A stretch of 64,000 nt of DNA. Source: Actinomycetes bacterium (lineage in GTDB: Bacteria > Actinomycetota > Acidimicrobiia > Acidimicrobiales > SZUA-35). The notes beneath the pieces were generated by a model. The model did no database searches. It saw nothing but the letters and a program-made list of their open reading frames with translations, and was not told where the DNA came from. Positions 46,799 through 56,953 of this stretch are shown piece by piece. Made by a program: the position numbers and the translations under genes. Each line of letters begins with the position of its first letter. Within the stretch, counting starts at the first letter, position 1. Where the stretch lies: assembly GCA_024280015.1 (NCBI GenBank), contig JAJRQY010000069.1, positions 800 through 64,799 on the forward strand, in the 5' to 3' direction.

Positions 46799-47698
46799 TC
46801 AGGCTGGGTAGTAGAAGATTCCGGCTGTACCTGGTCCGGTTTGGGCGGCGACGGAAGGTCCGACCCGGTAGTGCACGAAGCCTTTGACTAACGGGTTGGC
46901 GGCCAAAAGAGCATCCAAGCCTTCGCTCATCGGAGCCATTTCCGGGCCAGCCAGGGAAGACGCCACCCGAATCTCGACCTGGTCGCGCAATGCGCGGCTG
47001 GCCATGGCCTGGACGGCTTCCTCGGTGGTGAACACGGTGTCCACCACTTCTAACTCACCACCACCGGTCCACAGCACCATGATGCCCTCTTCTTCGTCTG
47101 TGCTGTCTGACGGGTCTGACTGGTCTGTGCGGTCTGACTGACCGCCGAGGCCGACCTGCTGGAATCGGCCAGACCGGCCGGCCAGCTCCAGGCCTTGCAG
47201 GACAAAGACACTCTCAACCTTGCCCGACATCTGATTTGCTGCCCCAATGGCCTCATGGACCGAAGCTCCGGCCTCCAAGGCTTCGTGGGCGGCGATGACA
47301 CAGCAGGCCACACCGAAGGATGCGGTTCCGGTGTCGACAATGTGGAGAGGAATCGAGGTCTGGGTGGCCGCAACCTTGGCGCTCTGAACAGTTCCTGAAT
47401 AGTCCGAGCTGACGAGGATGGCGAGAACCTCGGTTGCCCCGGCCACAGCTGCTCGTTCGACTGCTTCTACAAAGAGTCCCGGCGGGGGTTGTGATGTTGA
47501 GAGGTCAGATCCGGGTTGATGCAGACGATAGAACTTGTCGGCATCGAGGTCGACGCCTTCTTGATAGTCCTGGCCGTCGAGACTGATGGTCACGGGTATG
47601 ACCTCAACCTGGTATTGCTGGATCAGCTCGGGAGTCAGTTGGGCCGACGAGTCGGTGATCAGGGCAATGTCTGGTTTGGGCACAGGCAACAAACTCAT
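46799..47698 (-). CDS. DegV-family fatty-acid-binding protein
   Basis: ITDSSA, STSQP, SGT.QSA, SGR, GPGT.G. Confidence 0.9.
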   Translation of the reverse strand: MSLLPVPKPDIALITDSSAQLTPELIQQYQVEVIPVTISLDGQDYQEGVDLDADKFYRLHQPGSDLSTSQPPPGLFVEAVERAAVAGATEVLAILVSSDYSGTVQSAKVAATQTSIPLHIVDTGTASFGVACCVIAAHEALEAGASVHEAIGAANQMSGKVESVFVLQGLELAGRSGRFQQVGLGGQSDRTDQSDPSDSTDEEEGIMVLWTGGGELEVVDTVFTTEEAVQAMASRALRDQVEIRVASSLAGPEMAPMSEGLDALLAANPLVKGFVHYRVGPSVAAQTGPGTAGIFYYPA

Positions 47699-47891
47699 CT
47701 TTCGGAGTCTCTATTCCGGTCGGGCGGAGAGTTCCGCCAGAACTTCCCACCGTATGAGGACAAACGGAACGAGCAAGTCTCACCCCTCAGCAAGACCATG
47801 CCGCCCCACCAAGAGCCAAGACCAAACAAGAGCAGCCAGAAAAGTTGGACCTGACGCTAAGGAACTACAGAATCAGGCCGTTGAAACAAGC

Positions 47892-48647
47892 ATGGCAAGC
47901 AGAGCACCCAGAATCATCACCCTGGTGATAGTGGCACTCAGCTTGCTGACCGCCTGCATACCAGGCGGCCCAGACGAACCACTGGCCTACTCCGAAACCC
48001 CCGACTTCTGCCACACCCTCATTGCCTTTGGCCAACAAACCCTCGTCAACGACGATCCCGCAGTACCGACCGGTACCCCCGCAGCGATGACCGAAGAGTT
48101 CGCCGACACCATGCTCGCCTCGGAATCACTCAAATCCAAACACCGCAACCGGCTCGAAGAAATCCGAGACGAGCAAACTCTCTACACCTTCCTCGATGAC
48201 GAAACGTACTACAGCGAAACCGTTGCAATATTCAACCAGATGGCCGACGCCTGTAACGCTGAACCAACCATCCTCTACACCGGCACACCCTCACTAGTCC
48301 GCAAACACACCGCAGCAATCGAGTTCTGCAACACCATCAACAACTCTTGGACCTGGTTCGTCGGCATGCGACTGTCTCCAACGGGACTCGATGACCTGTG
48401 GGCCGCCCGCTCAGCCTTCCCAGTCGAATTCGAACCCTTCTTCACCTTCTCCTACCTCATGGCTGTCCCCGATGACCAGCTGGATGGTCCAGCCGTGCCT
48501 CGAGACGAGATCGACGCCGCACTGGACTACGGGTACAGAATGAACAACAGGAGTTGGGTGTCGATGCAACGTTCTCAGGCGAACTTGCAAAATGTGGCGA
48601 TCGGCGAATTCTGTGAGTCAATCAATCCGAGCCTAGAAGCAGACTAG
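47892..48647 (+). CDS. Hypothetical lipoprotein
   Basis: Lipobox LTAC; C/A-rich coding strand. Confidence 0.65.
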   Translation: MASRAPRIITLVIVALSLLTACIPGGPDEPLAYSETPDFCHTLIAFGQQTLVNDDPAVPTGTPAAMTEEFADTMLASESLKSKHRNRLEEIRDEQTLYTFLDDETYYSETVAIFNQMADACNAEPTILYTGTPSLVRKHTAAIEFCNTINNSWTWFVGMRLSPTGLDDLWAARSAFPVEFEPFFTFSYLMAVPDDQLDGPAVPRDEIDAALDYGYRMNNRSWVSMQRSQANLQNVAIGEFCESINPSLEAD

Positions 48648-48682
48648 TCACCGGGCACACACTTCTCTGGATGCTCCAACAA

Positions 48683-49009
48683 TCAAGTGATAGCGGCGAT
48701 AATCCAATCACCCCGGCCAGCAGCATCGCGATACAACCCAACCAACCCAGCCGCCACCCGAGCTACATCAACAGGAGAAGCAAACATCGCCGGACCAAAA
48801 CCCAAATCCTCACCAACCGGCACACCGGTCATCAACGGCTCACTCACCTCAAGAGACCCCCCAATCAACACCTGCGCCGCATCCCACAACTTCCCCAAGT
48901 CAATACCCGAATCCAACACAGCCAAAACCGACTCGACATCACCACCAGACTCCATAGCCGCAATCAACTCCGCAGACAGGTGACAGCCTCGGTTTTTCGT
49001 CCTTTCCAT
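48683..49009 (-). pseudogene. Probable YfbM/DUF1877-family remnant
   Basis: IDLGKLWDA, VGEDLGFGPA and LYRDAAGRG resemble DUF1877 motifs; short, with the N-terminus and a central segment apparently missing. Confidence 0.5.
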
Positions 49010-49361
49010 TCATCGGTAAGGACACCGTCTTTGGCTATCGCTAGATCACACAAAAACGAATGCACTACACGGTCATCGGTCGGATAGAGGCGGCACTCAA
49101 TCGTTTGGTTCAGGACGTCTTCGGTGTCATGGATCTCAATCGGACCCCGGCCATGGCGAGGGGCAACATCGTCTGAATCAACCATCGCTAAGAGCCTTCT
49201 CCCAGTCCGGGGCCCATGATACTGGTCGACAATGCGCTGGGGATTCACACCTCACCTACGGCCATGTTAGTGCCGGCGAGTGAGCCGCCCAGATCTCGGA
49301 CGGCTCAGTGTGTTGTCCCTGCTCGCGGCCACCCAGCAGTCACGATCGGGCTATTTGCTGC

Positions 49362-49982
49362 CTAACGAGCAGCCCGGAACCTCAGGAAAATCACGGTGCT
49401 GGAAACAGCGGCGCCAACCGGCAGGGCCACGGTTGGAGCCGGGCCCCACAAGTTGGACAAGCCTCGACGCCACCAGAGCAAGGCCAGACCGACCCACGAA
49501 ACCGAGGCCACCGTGGTGGTGGCAAAAGCTCGTTGTTTCCATTGGGGTAAGGCGGCAGTTGCGAGGGCAACCGCTATGTCAAAGGGAAAGAAGGCGGGGA
49601 AGGTGGCCAGAACCTGTCCAACTCCAGTCGCCACTCCCTTGCCACCACGAAAGCCAGACCAGACCGGGTGGCAGTGGCCTATCACCGCACTGCTGGACGC
49701 CACCTGGGCCAAGGCCGGCCCAGCCATACCGCCTCCAAGTGCACGACCACCCAGTCTTCGGCCAAGACTGGCCGCGGTTGCCCCCTTGGCAATATCAACA
49801 GCTAAGACCGCCAACCCAAACTTCGGGCCGAGAACCGATGCCGCATTCGCAGCCCCTGGATTACCACTACCTGACTGGCGCAGGTCGGGTCCCCCAGCAA
49901 CACGCGAGGCAATGTCCGCACTGGGGATCGTGCCCAACAGGTATCCCCCAACAGCACTGATGAAGATGTCTCGCGTTCGCAC
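49362..49982 (-). CDS. plsY: Glycerol-3-phosphate acyltransferase PlsY
   Basis: YLLGTIP, GSGNPGAAN, DIAKG, GH.HPVW..FRGGKGVAT. Confidence 0.92.
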   Translation of the reverse strand: MRTRDIFISAVGGYLLGTIPSADIASRVAGGPDLRQSGSGNPGAANAASVLGPKFGLAVLAVDIAKGATAASLGRRLGGRALGGGMAGPALAQVASSSAVIGHCHPVWSGFRGGKGVATGVGQVLATFPAFFPFDIAVALATAALPQWKQRAFATTTVASVSWVGLALLWWRRGLSNLWGPAPTVALPVGAAVSSTVIFLRFRAAR

Positions 49983-50239
49983 CCTTGGACCCTATTGCCA
50001 ACGAGTCCGGCATTGCCAAAGCAGATTCAACGAAGATCCACAGCTGAAGATAATGGAGTTGACGACCCGTTATTGGGTCGCCAAGTGCATTATCTACGCG
50101 GAGGGGCTGATCTAGAGCAGCCGGCAAGAGTGAGAGGCAGAGCAAACTGGGCAGGAGTGCTTGAAAATGTGGTGGCGGTTTAGATGCTGCGTGCTACATT
50201 GATTCAGCCTTGCGGGGCACCAGCCTCCATTGTCACCGA

Positions 50240-50312
50240 GCCCCCATCGTTCAGTGGCCTAGGACACTGCCCTTTCACGGCAGGAACACGGGTTCGAATC
50301 CCGTTGGGGGTA
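50240..50312 (+). tRNA. tRNA-Glu(UUC)
   Basis: Cloverleaf; anticodon loop CTTTCAC. Confidence 0.96.
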
Positions 50313-50426
50313 CTACAGCCTCCGATTTTCTCGAAAATCGGAGGTCACGAATAGCAAGTTCTTGTTCAACCGGAATGAGGTCAGTGGCCGTCAAAAGCCA
50401 CCGGCAATATTCCAACCGAACAAACT

Positions 50427-50501
50427 GGTCCCGTAGTGCAGTCTGGAGTGCACGCCGCCCTGTCAAGGCGGAGGTCGCGAGTTCAAATCTCGTCGGGACC
50501 G
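50427..50501 (+). tRNA. tRNA-Asp(GUC)
   Basis: Cloverleaf; anticodon loop CTGTCAA. Confidence 0.96.
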
Positions 50502-50632
50502 CTGAAATCCTTCGGATTTCTTGGAGTCATTCGCTAGGCGAATTCTCCCATGGAATCCTCCGGTGTAAGCCGGTTCGGTTCCTTGGAGAAACCGGCAGAG
50601 CGAATTCTTCTGGAGACCATCGGTTTCAAGAT

Positions 50633-50705
50633 GGTCGGGTAGCTCAGTTGGCAGAGCGACCGCCTGAAAAGCGGTAGGTCACCGGATCGACGCCGGTCCC
50701 GACCA
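50633..50705 (+). tRNA. tRNA-Phe(GAA)
   Basis: Cloverleaf; anticodon loop CTGAAAA; T-loop ATCGACG. Confidence 0.94.
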
Positions 50706-50715
50706 CATCAGTGTT

Positions 50716-50743
50716 TGTGCCCGACAGTTAACTGTCGGGCACA
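50716..50743. terminator. Perfect 28-bp palindrome, probable bidirectional terminator between the tRNA operon and purB
   Basis: TGTGCCCGACAGTTAACTGTCGGGCACA. Confidence 0.75.
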
Positions 50744-50764
50744 GCTCGTTTTGCGCTACAGGAC

Positions 50765-52183
50765 CTACAGGATCTCGCCACCGCGATAAGAAGAAGCCTC
50801 TGGATTCGCTTCGAGTAAGACATTCACTCGACGGCAGAACCCACTGATTTGACCATCAATCGTGCCCAACATTGATGTTGGGTCCGCAATCAACGTTTCG
50901 AGTTCGGCCTGATTGCCGGGGAAGGCCCCGTCGTCGGCCAGGCGTTGCAGCAACGCCTGGCCGTCACCCTCGCCCTCCCGCATGGCCAGCGCCGTTGCCA
51001 CCGCATGATCCTTGATCAGCTCATGGGCACTCTCTCGCCCAAGACCAGCATTAACCGCATGCATCAGCAGGGTTGTGGTGGCCAAGAAGGGCAAGTACCG
51101 GTCGAGCTCTTCGGCCACTACCGCCGGGAAGACCCCAAACCCTTCCAGCACCGAGAACGACGTCTCTAACAGCCCATCCAAGGCAAAGAACGCATCGGGA
51201 ATTACCACCCGCCGAACCACCGAGCACGAAACATCACCCTCGTTCCATTGCTCGCCCGAAAGGCCAGAAGCCATGGTGACGTGGCCCTTCAAGATGACCG
51301 CAAGCCCACTGATTCGCTCGCAACTGCGAGTGTTCATCTTGTGAGGCATGGCCGATGAGCCGACCTGACCGGGCCGGAACCCCTCCGTTACTAGATCATG
51401 TCCGGCCATCAGACGGATGAGTAGGGCCAGGTTTGCTGGCCCAGCAGAAAGTTGGGACAAGGCAGCGACCAAGCTGAAGTCCAAGGATCTGGGATACACC
51501 TGGCCGACCGCGTTCATGACCTTTGGAATCCCAAGCTCATCAGCGACCTGCTGTTCCAACTGGGCGACAGTCTCCGCCGACCCCATCAGGAAGGAGAGAT
51601 CCTGCTGAGAACCAACTGGCCCCTTGAGCCCACGCAAGGCAAAACGTGACTGGATATCACGGAGATGCTCGAGACCCATCAAGAGTTCTTCGCCGAACTG
51701 GGCAAACCGCTTCCCGATCGTTGTTGGTTGGGCGGCAACATTGTGGGTCCGCCCTACCACCACAGTCTCGGCATAACTGGCGGCCAATCGGGCAATCTGA
51801 CCAAGCAACGCAACAACCCGATTGTCGATGAGTTGCAGCGCTTTCCAAGTGAGGAGCTGTTCCACATTCTCGGTTGCATCCCGAGAAGTCAGTCCCTTGT
51901 GCAAGTGTTGATGTCCAGCAAGCGCACAAAATTCATCCAGTCTGGCTTTCACATCATGGCGAGTCTCGATCTCACGTTGACGAATCGATTCCAAGTCGAT
52001 CTGATCAAGAACGGCCTCATAGTCAGCGATGACACCGTCTTCGGCCGCCAGTCCAAGGTCGGCTTGGGCTCGCAATACGGCCAACCAGAACTGTCGCTCA
52101 GTTCGAACCCGGTTGATCGGGTCGAACAGGCTCACCATGGCCGGGCTGGCATAGCGGTCTGCCAAAACATTGGGAATCGACAC
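50765..52183 (-). CDS. purB: Adenylosuccinate lyase
   Basis: RHDVKA, GRTH..AQPTT.GKR, GSSAMPHKMN. Confidence 0.95.
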   Translation of the reverse strand: MSIPNVLADRYASPAMVSLFDPINRVRTERQFWLAVLRAQADLGLAAEDGVIADYEAVLDQIDLESIRQREIETRHDVKARLDEFCALAGHQHLHKGLTSRDATENVEQLLTWKALQLIDNRVVALLGQIARLAASYAETVVVGRTHNVAAQPTTIGKRFAQFGEELLMGLEHLRDIQSRFALRGLKGPVGSQQDLSFLMGSAETVAQLEQQVADELGIPKVMNAVGQVYPRSLDFSLVAALSQLSAGPANLALLIRLMAGHDLVTEGFRPGQVGSSAMPHKMNTRSCERISGLAVILKGHVTMASGLSGEQWNEGDVSCSVVRRVVIPDAFFALDGLLETSFSVLEGFGVFPAVVAEELDRYLPFLATTTLLMHAVNAGLGRESAHELIKDHAVATALAMREGEGDGQALLQRLADDGAFPGNQAELETLIADPTSMLGTIDGQISGFCRRVNVLLEANPEASSYRGGEIL

Positions 52184-52324
52184 GACTGTCTCCGTCTCGC
52201 TTGGTCTCGCGTTTGTCTTCTAGGTGTTTTCCTGCGTTTGTTTGGTCCAAACGACTACTCAAGCCAACGAAAAAAGCTGCCGACCTTTGAGAGATAACAG
52301 TCTGCCCGGAAAATACCTGAGGAG

Positions 52325-53860
52325 GTGGCCGACATGAACGGACGCTGCAAAAACGACCCTCTAGATACTGCTGACGACGTCTGCGGTATCTGTGGTGATG
52401 AATTCTGCTCTGCCTGTCTCATAACGGCCCGGATCGGCAAGAAGAAGCTGGTGTGCAAGAGCTGCGCGGTCGAGCACAGTGGGCTGCGCGCCGGTCAAAA
52501 ATCAAAAGTGGCGAGCAAGCATCAGGTCCGCAAACAGAAGCGCAGCCTCAAATCCAGTTCACCACAAGGTGGAAACAATACCTTCACCTTCTTTGATGAC
52601 CCTGATTCAACCTTCGAGTACGACCTCGAAAACGCTCGAGAAGCGCCAGAGACACAAGTCTCCTCTGCTGGTGCTTCCGAGTCTGGCAAGTCCAAGAAGA
52701 AAAAGAAGCGTCGCGGCAAGTCCGAACCTGTCAAGGCAAAGACGACAAAGCCATCCAAGGACGAGTCGAAGAATCGTCGAGCCAAGATGGCTGGCCGTCG
52801 CAAGAACAACCTGGTCGAAACAGCGATGGCTGGCCCTGCCGCCACCGCACCAGAACAGGCGCAGAACATCCCGGCACCAACCAGCAAGGATGTAGCCACC
52901 GAACCACAGACCCCCGTTTCCCAGGTCGAGGCTGTGGCAACCAACCCGCCACCACCAGCAGCTTCAGAAGCCACTGCTCCGGCAACAACCGTTCGGCCAA
53001 AGCCAGTGAACACTCCGGTGACCGCTGCTCTAGCTGAGCCGTCGAGCCCTTCGGCTGCAGACCTGTTGAGCGTGCTCAAAGCCGACGAAGCCGCAGCAGC
53101 GTCAATACCCACGGTCGAGGGGGCCGCCAGCAACCTCAATCTGGAAACATCACCCTTTTCTGACCCGTTTGCTGACCCGATTTCCATAGCCTCCGGCGTG
53201 GCTGAGGCCACCAAAGGCGAGCCATTGGCGGGTGAGTTGCCACTCAACGCATTACCGGAGCTTGCTTCCAATGGAGCAGAATCGGCGCAACACAAGCGCC
53301 GAAGTCCGGGAGACGGGACTGTTTCTGGCCAGGGAAGACAGAGTCGCAGCAATATCAGCGACCCGTTTGCCGCTGGCTCAGCGTCACCATTCCCATCGGA
53401 CTCTCCGACGCCAACCCCACTGCCAGAGATTGTGCCTCAAGAGATCGAGTACGAGCCAGTAGCTTTCGAACCGGAGCCACAGACGTTCGATGCAGACACG
53501 TTCGATGCAGACACGTTCGAACCCTTGACCCCTGAACCGGCGGTCTTCACCTCATCGCTTCCTCTTCCGGAGCCACTGGGAATAGAAACTCCAGAGACTG
53601 CCAACTTCGAGACCGACTCATTCGAGACCGACTCATTCGAGACTCATCTCTCACAAACAGCCACACCGGAACCGGTTCTAGTTTCGGCAGTAGCTGAAAC
53701 CGAGTCTCACGCTGCCTCCATGCCAGGCGAAGAATCCTCTGAAACGGTCAAGGCAGACACTGATTCCAACGGTGACTGGATTCCACCCCTGCTGCGAGGA
53801 ATGGCTCCTGTAGCCGAGCGCGAGGGCTTACCACTACCCCAGCGACGACAAGAAGACTAA
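52325..53860 (+). CDS. Hypothetical protein: B-box-like Zn finger plus long low-complexity tail
   Basis: C..DP...A...CGICGDEFCSAC...CKSC; K-rich, then A/P/E-rich. Confidence 0.7.
   Translation: MADMNGRCKNDPLDTADDVCGICGDEFCSACLITARIGKKKLVCKSCAVEHSGLRAGQKSKVASKHQVRKQKRSLKSSSPQGGNNTFTFFDDPDSTFEYDLENAREAPETQVSSAGASESGKSKKKKKRRGKSEPVKAKTTKPSKDESKNRRAKMAGRRKNNLVETAMAGPAATAPEQAQNIPAPTSKDVATEPQTPVSQVEAVATNPPPPAASEATAPATTVRPKPVNTPVTAALAEPSSPSAADLLSVLKADEAAAASIPTVEGAASNLNLETSPFSDPFADPISIASGVAEATKGEPLAGELPLNALPELASNGAESAQHKRRSPGDGTVSGQGRQSRSNISDPFAAGSASPFPSDSPTPTPLPEIVPQEIEYEPVAFEPEPQTFDADTFDADTFEPLTPEPAVFTSSLPLPEPLGIETPETANFETDSFETDSFETHLSQTATPEPVLVSAVAETESHAASMPGEESSETVKADTDSNGDWIPPLLRGMAPVAEREGLPLPQRRQED
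53483..53643 (+). repeat. Two in-frame 15-bp tandem repeats (TFDAD at 53483-53520; FETDS at 53606-53643)
   Basis: ACGTTCGATGCAGAC x2.5 and TTCGAGACCGACTCA x2.5. Confidence 0.88.
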
Positions 53861-53914
53861 TCCTTCCGGGCATCATGAGCATTCGTTTGCTCAGCTAATA
53901 AGGACCAGTATTGA

Positions 53915-55231
<1,317 letters not shown>

Positions 55232-56929
55232 TCAATTGTCCGGGATTGTGTACCGGACGCCTTCGCGTATGGAATCAAGGGTGACTTCAGGCAACACAAA
55301 GGCCAGAACCGACGACAAGTCGGCGGCATTTGGCAACAAGCAGGCGGGGATTCCACTGGCCTTCAGCTCGGTCACGCGTGCTGGCCGAACCTGACCCATC
55401 TGAACCGGGATAGTGATCAGCGATTCTCGGACTACCCCGGCTCCTTGGTCAACAACAACTGATGCATTCTGTTCGACCAGGTACGAGACGGCCGAGTCCC
55501 AATTGGTAAACCGTTCCGCCCACGCTGGACTGAGCGCCTTGGCTTGTGACTCAACGGTGGTGGCTAGAAGTCTCGGCCCGCTACCACGCCCCGGATCAAT
55601 GACCGTCCGGATCGTTTGCATGGGTCCGTTGATCGGATTGGACTTATTGGTCGGTCCGAGTTCGCCAGTGCGGGTGTGTTCAATCGTCTTCACCCGGTGA
55701 GCAGGCAGCCCATCAGAACCCAAGCGCGAGCCGAGTACATGCGGGGTTGAGTCCAATGCCGTACTGAAGAAATAGATGGAATCCTGAGCCGTCCGAGAGT
55801 CGTCGGGTTGAACATAGAGCCGCCAGTTTGTCTGATTCGGAGACGGAAAGACCTTGCGAAATGGGCCCAGGAATCGCGGCCCGAATGAGCCGTGGTTGTA
55901 GGTCAGAACCGAGACAGGGGTGTAACCATCAAGATCATCACACGCCAGCGGATAGGGCAGAACTGTCTGCGCCTGCTCCGTCGGTATCAGCCAGTTGAGG
56001 TACACGACATCACGAATATCACTTCGGAGCCTGGCAAAGGGCATGACCCGAGTCATGTCTCGAACGCCACGACTATTGAGGACCCCAGCAAGAAGTGAGA
56101 CTGGGCCCGTTGTTGGCCAGACCAGGTGATGGGCGATGTCCGAACCCCTGCCAGCCAAACCTCCTGCGGTTAAGGAGTAAAAATGATGTAGCCGGCCAGC
56201 AAGATCAGCGGCAACAAAGGCCCATAGGCAGACTGCCAGGAAGCCCACTCCAGCAAATACGGTGATGGCGAGGGTCGGTTCCCAGTCCAGCCACACTTGA
56301 CCAGCGGTCAACACCGTCAAGATGAACAGGGCCAAGCTTAGGAAGCCGACCAGCTTGCCCGAGAACCCGCTCCACCAACCCTCGATGCCAGCACCCAGCC
56401 GCAAGGCCCGGTGCCAAGCCAAGGTCATGAAGAGATAGACGAAGCCGCCCCACACGCCAATCACCGAAAGCAGCGAGTTCTGTTCCTGCCCGAACAACTC
56501 CAGGTTCGAGGCTGACTGAGAAGCCCGAGCAGCGGTATCGATATGGGAGGTGATCAGTCGCCACTCGCCCACTTGTTCGGGGATGGAGGCAGCAAGATTG
56601 AAGGCAAGGCCAGCCAGCGCCCACTTCAGCGCCAGCCGATTTGACCGGGTACGTAACCACAAGATCAGGGTCACACTGATGAACACATCAGACAAAGCAG
56701 ATAGCTGCCACGGCAACCACCCCAACCGCCAGATCCATGGATGCCGCGCCACATAGGCAGCCCGGTCCGTCGCCGGGAGGGCAACATCAAAGCCTGGCTG
56801 GACCATGAGTGCCATGGTCCCCAGAGCAACCAGGTGAACAACAAGAAAGAACGCGAGCGCCCAGATCAACCACTGGTAGCGCTGTCGCTCTTGGCTTGTC
56901 CCTGCGACTGGGTGTACGCCACCGTTCAC
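55232..56929 (-). CDS. Multi-pass membrane domain fused to a DUF2071 (YqjF-like) domain
   Basis: About 6 TM segments, then VVYLNWLIP...TNWRLYV...IYFFS. Confidence 0.65.
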   Translation of the reverse strand: MNGGVHPVAGTSQERQRYQWLIWALAFFLVVHLVALGTMALMVQPGFDVALPATDRAAYVARHPWIWRLGWLPWQLSALSDVFISVTLILWLRTRSNRLALKWALAGLAFNLAASIPEQVGEWRLITSHIDTAARASQSASNLELFGQEQNSLLSVIGVWGGFVYLFMTLAWHRALRLGAGIEGWWSGFSGKLVGFLSLALFILTVLTAGQVWLDWEPTLAITVFAGVGFLAVCLWAFVAADLAGRLHHFYSLTAGGLAGRGSDIAHHLVWPTTGPVSLLAGVLNSRGVRDMTRVMPFARLRSDIRDVVYLNWLIPTEQAQTVLPYPLACDDLDGYTPVSVLTYNHGSFGPRFLGPFRKVFPSPNQTNWRLYVQPDDSRTAQDSIYFFSTALDSTPHVLGSRLGSDGLPAHRVKTIEHTRTGELGPTNKSNPINGPMQTIRTVIDPGRGSGPRLLATTVESQAKALSPAWAERFTNWDSAVSYLVEQNASVVVDQGAGVVRESLITIPVQMGQVRPARVTELKASGIPACLLPNAADLSSVLAFVLPEVTLDSIREGVRYTIPDN

Positions 56930-56953
56930 CTCATGATGCTAGCCAACTAGGGG

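Noticed and set aside
50210-50677. 155-aa ORF
   Set aside because: It overlies three tRNA genes.
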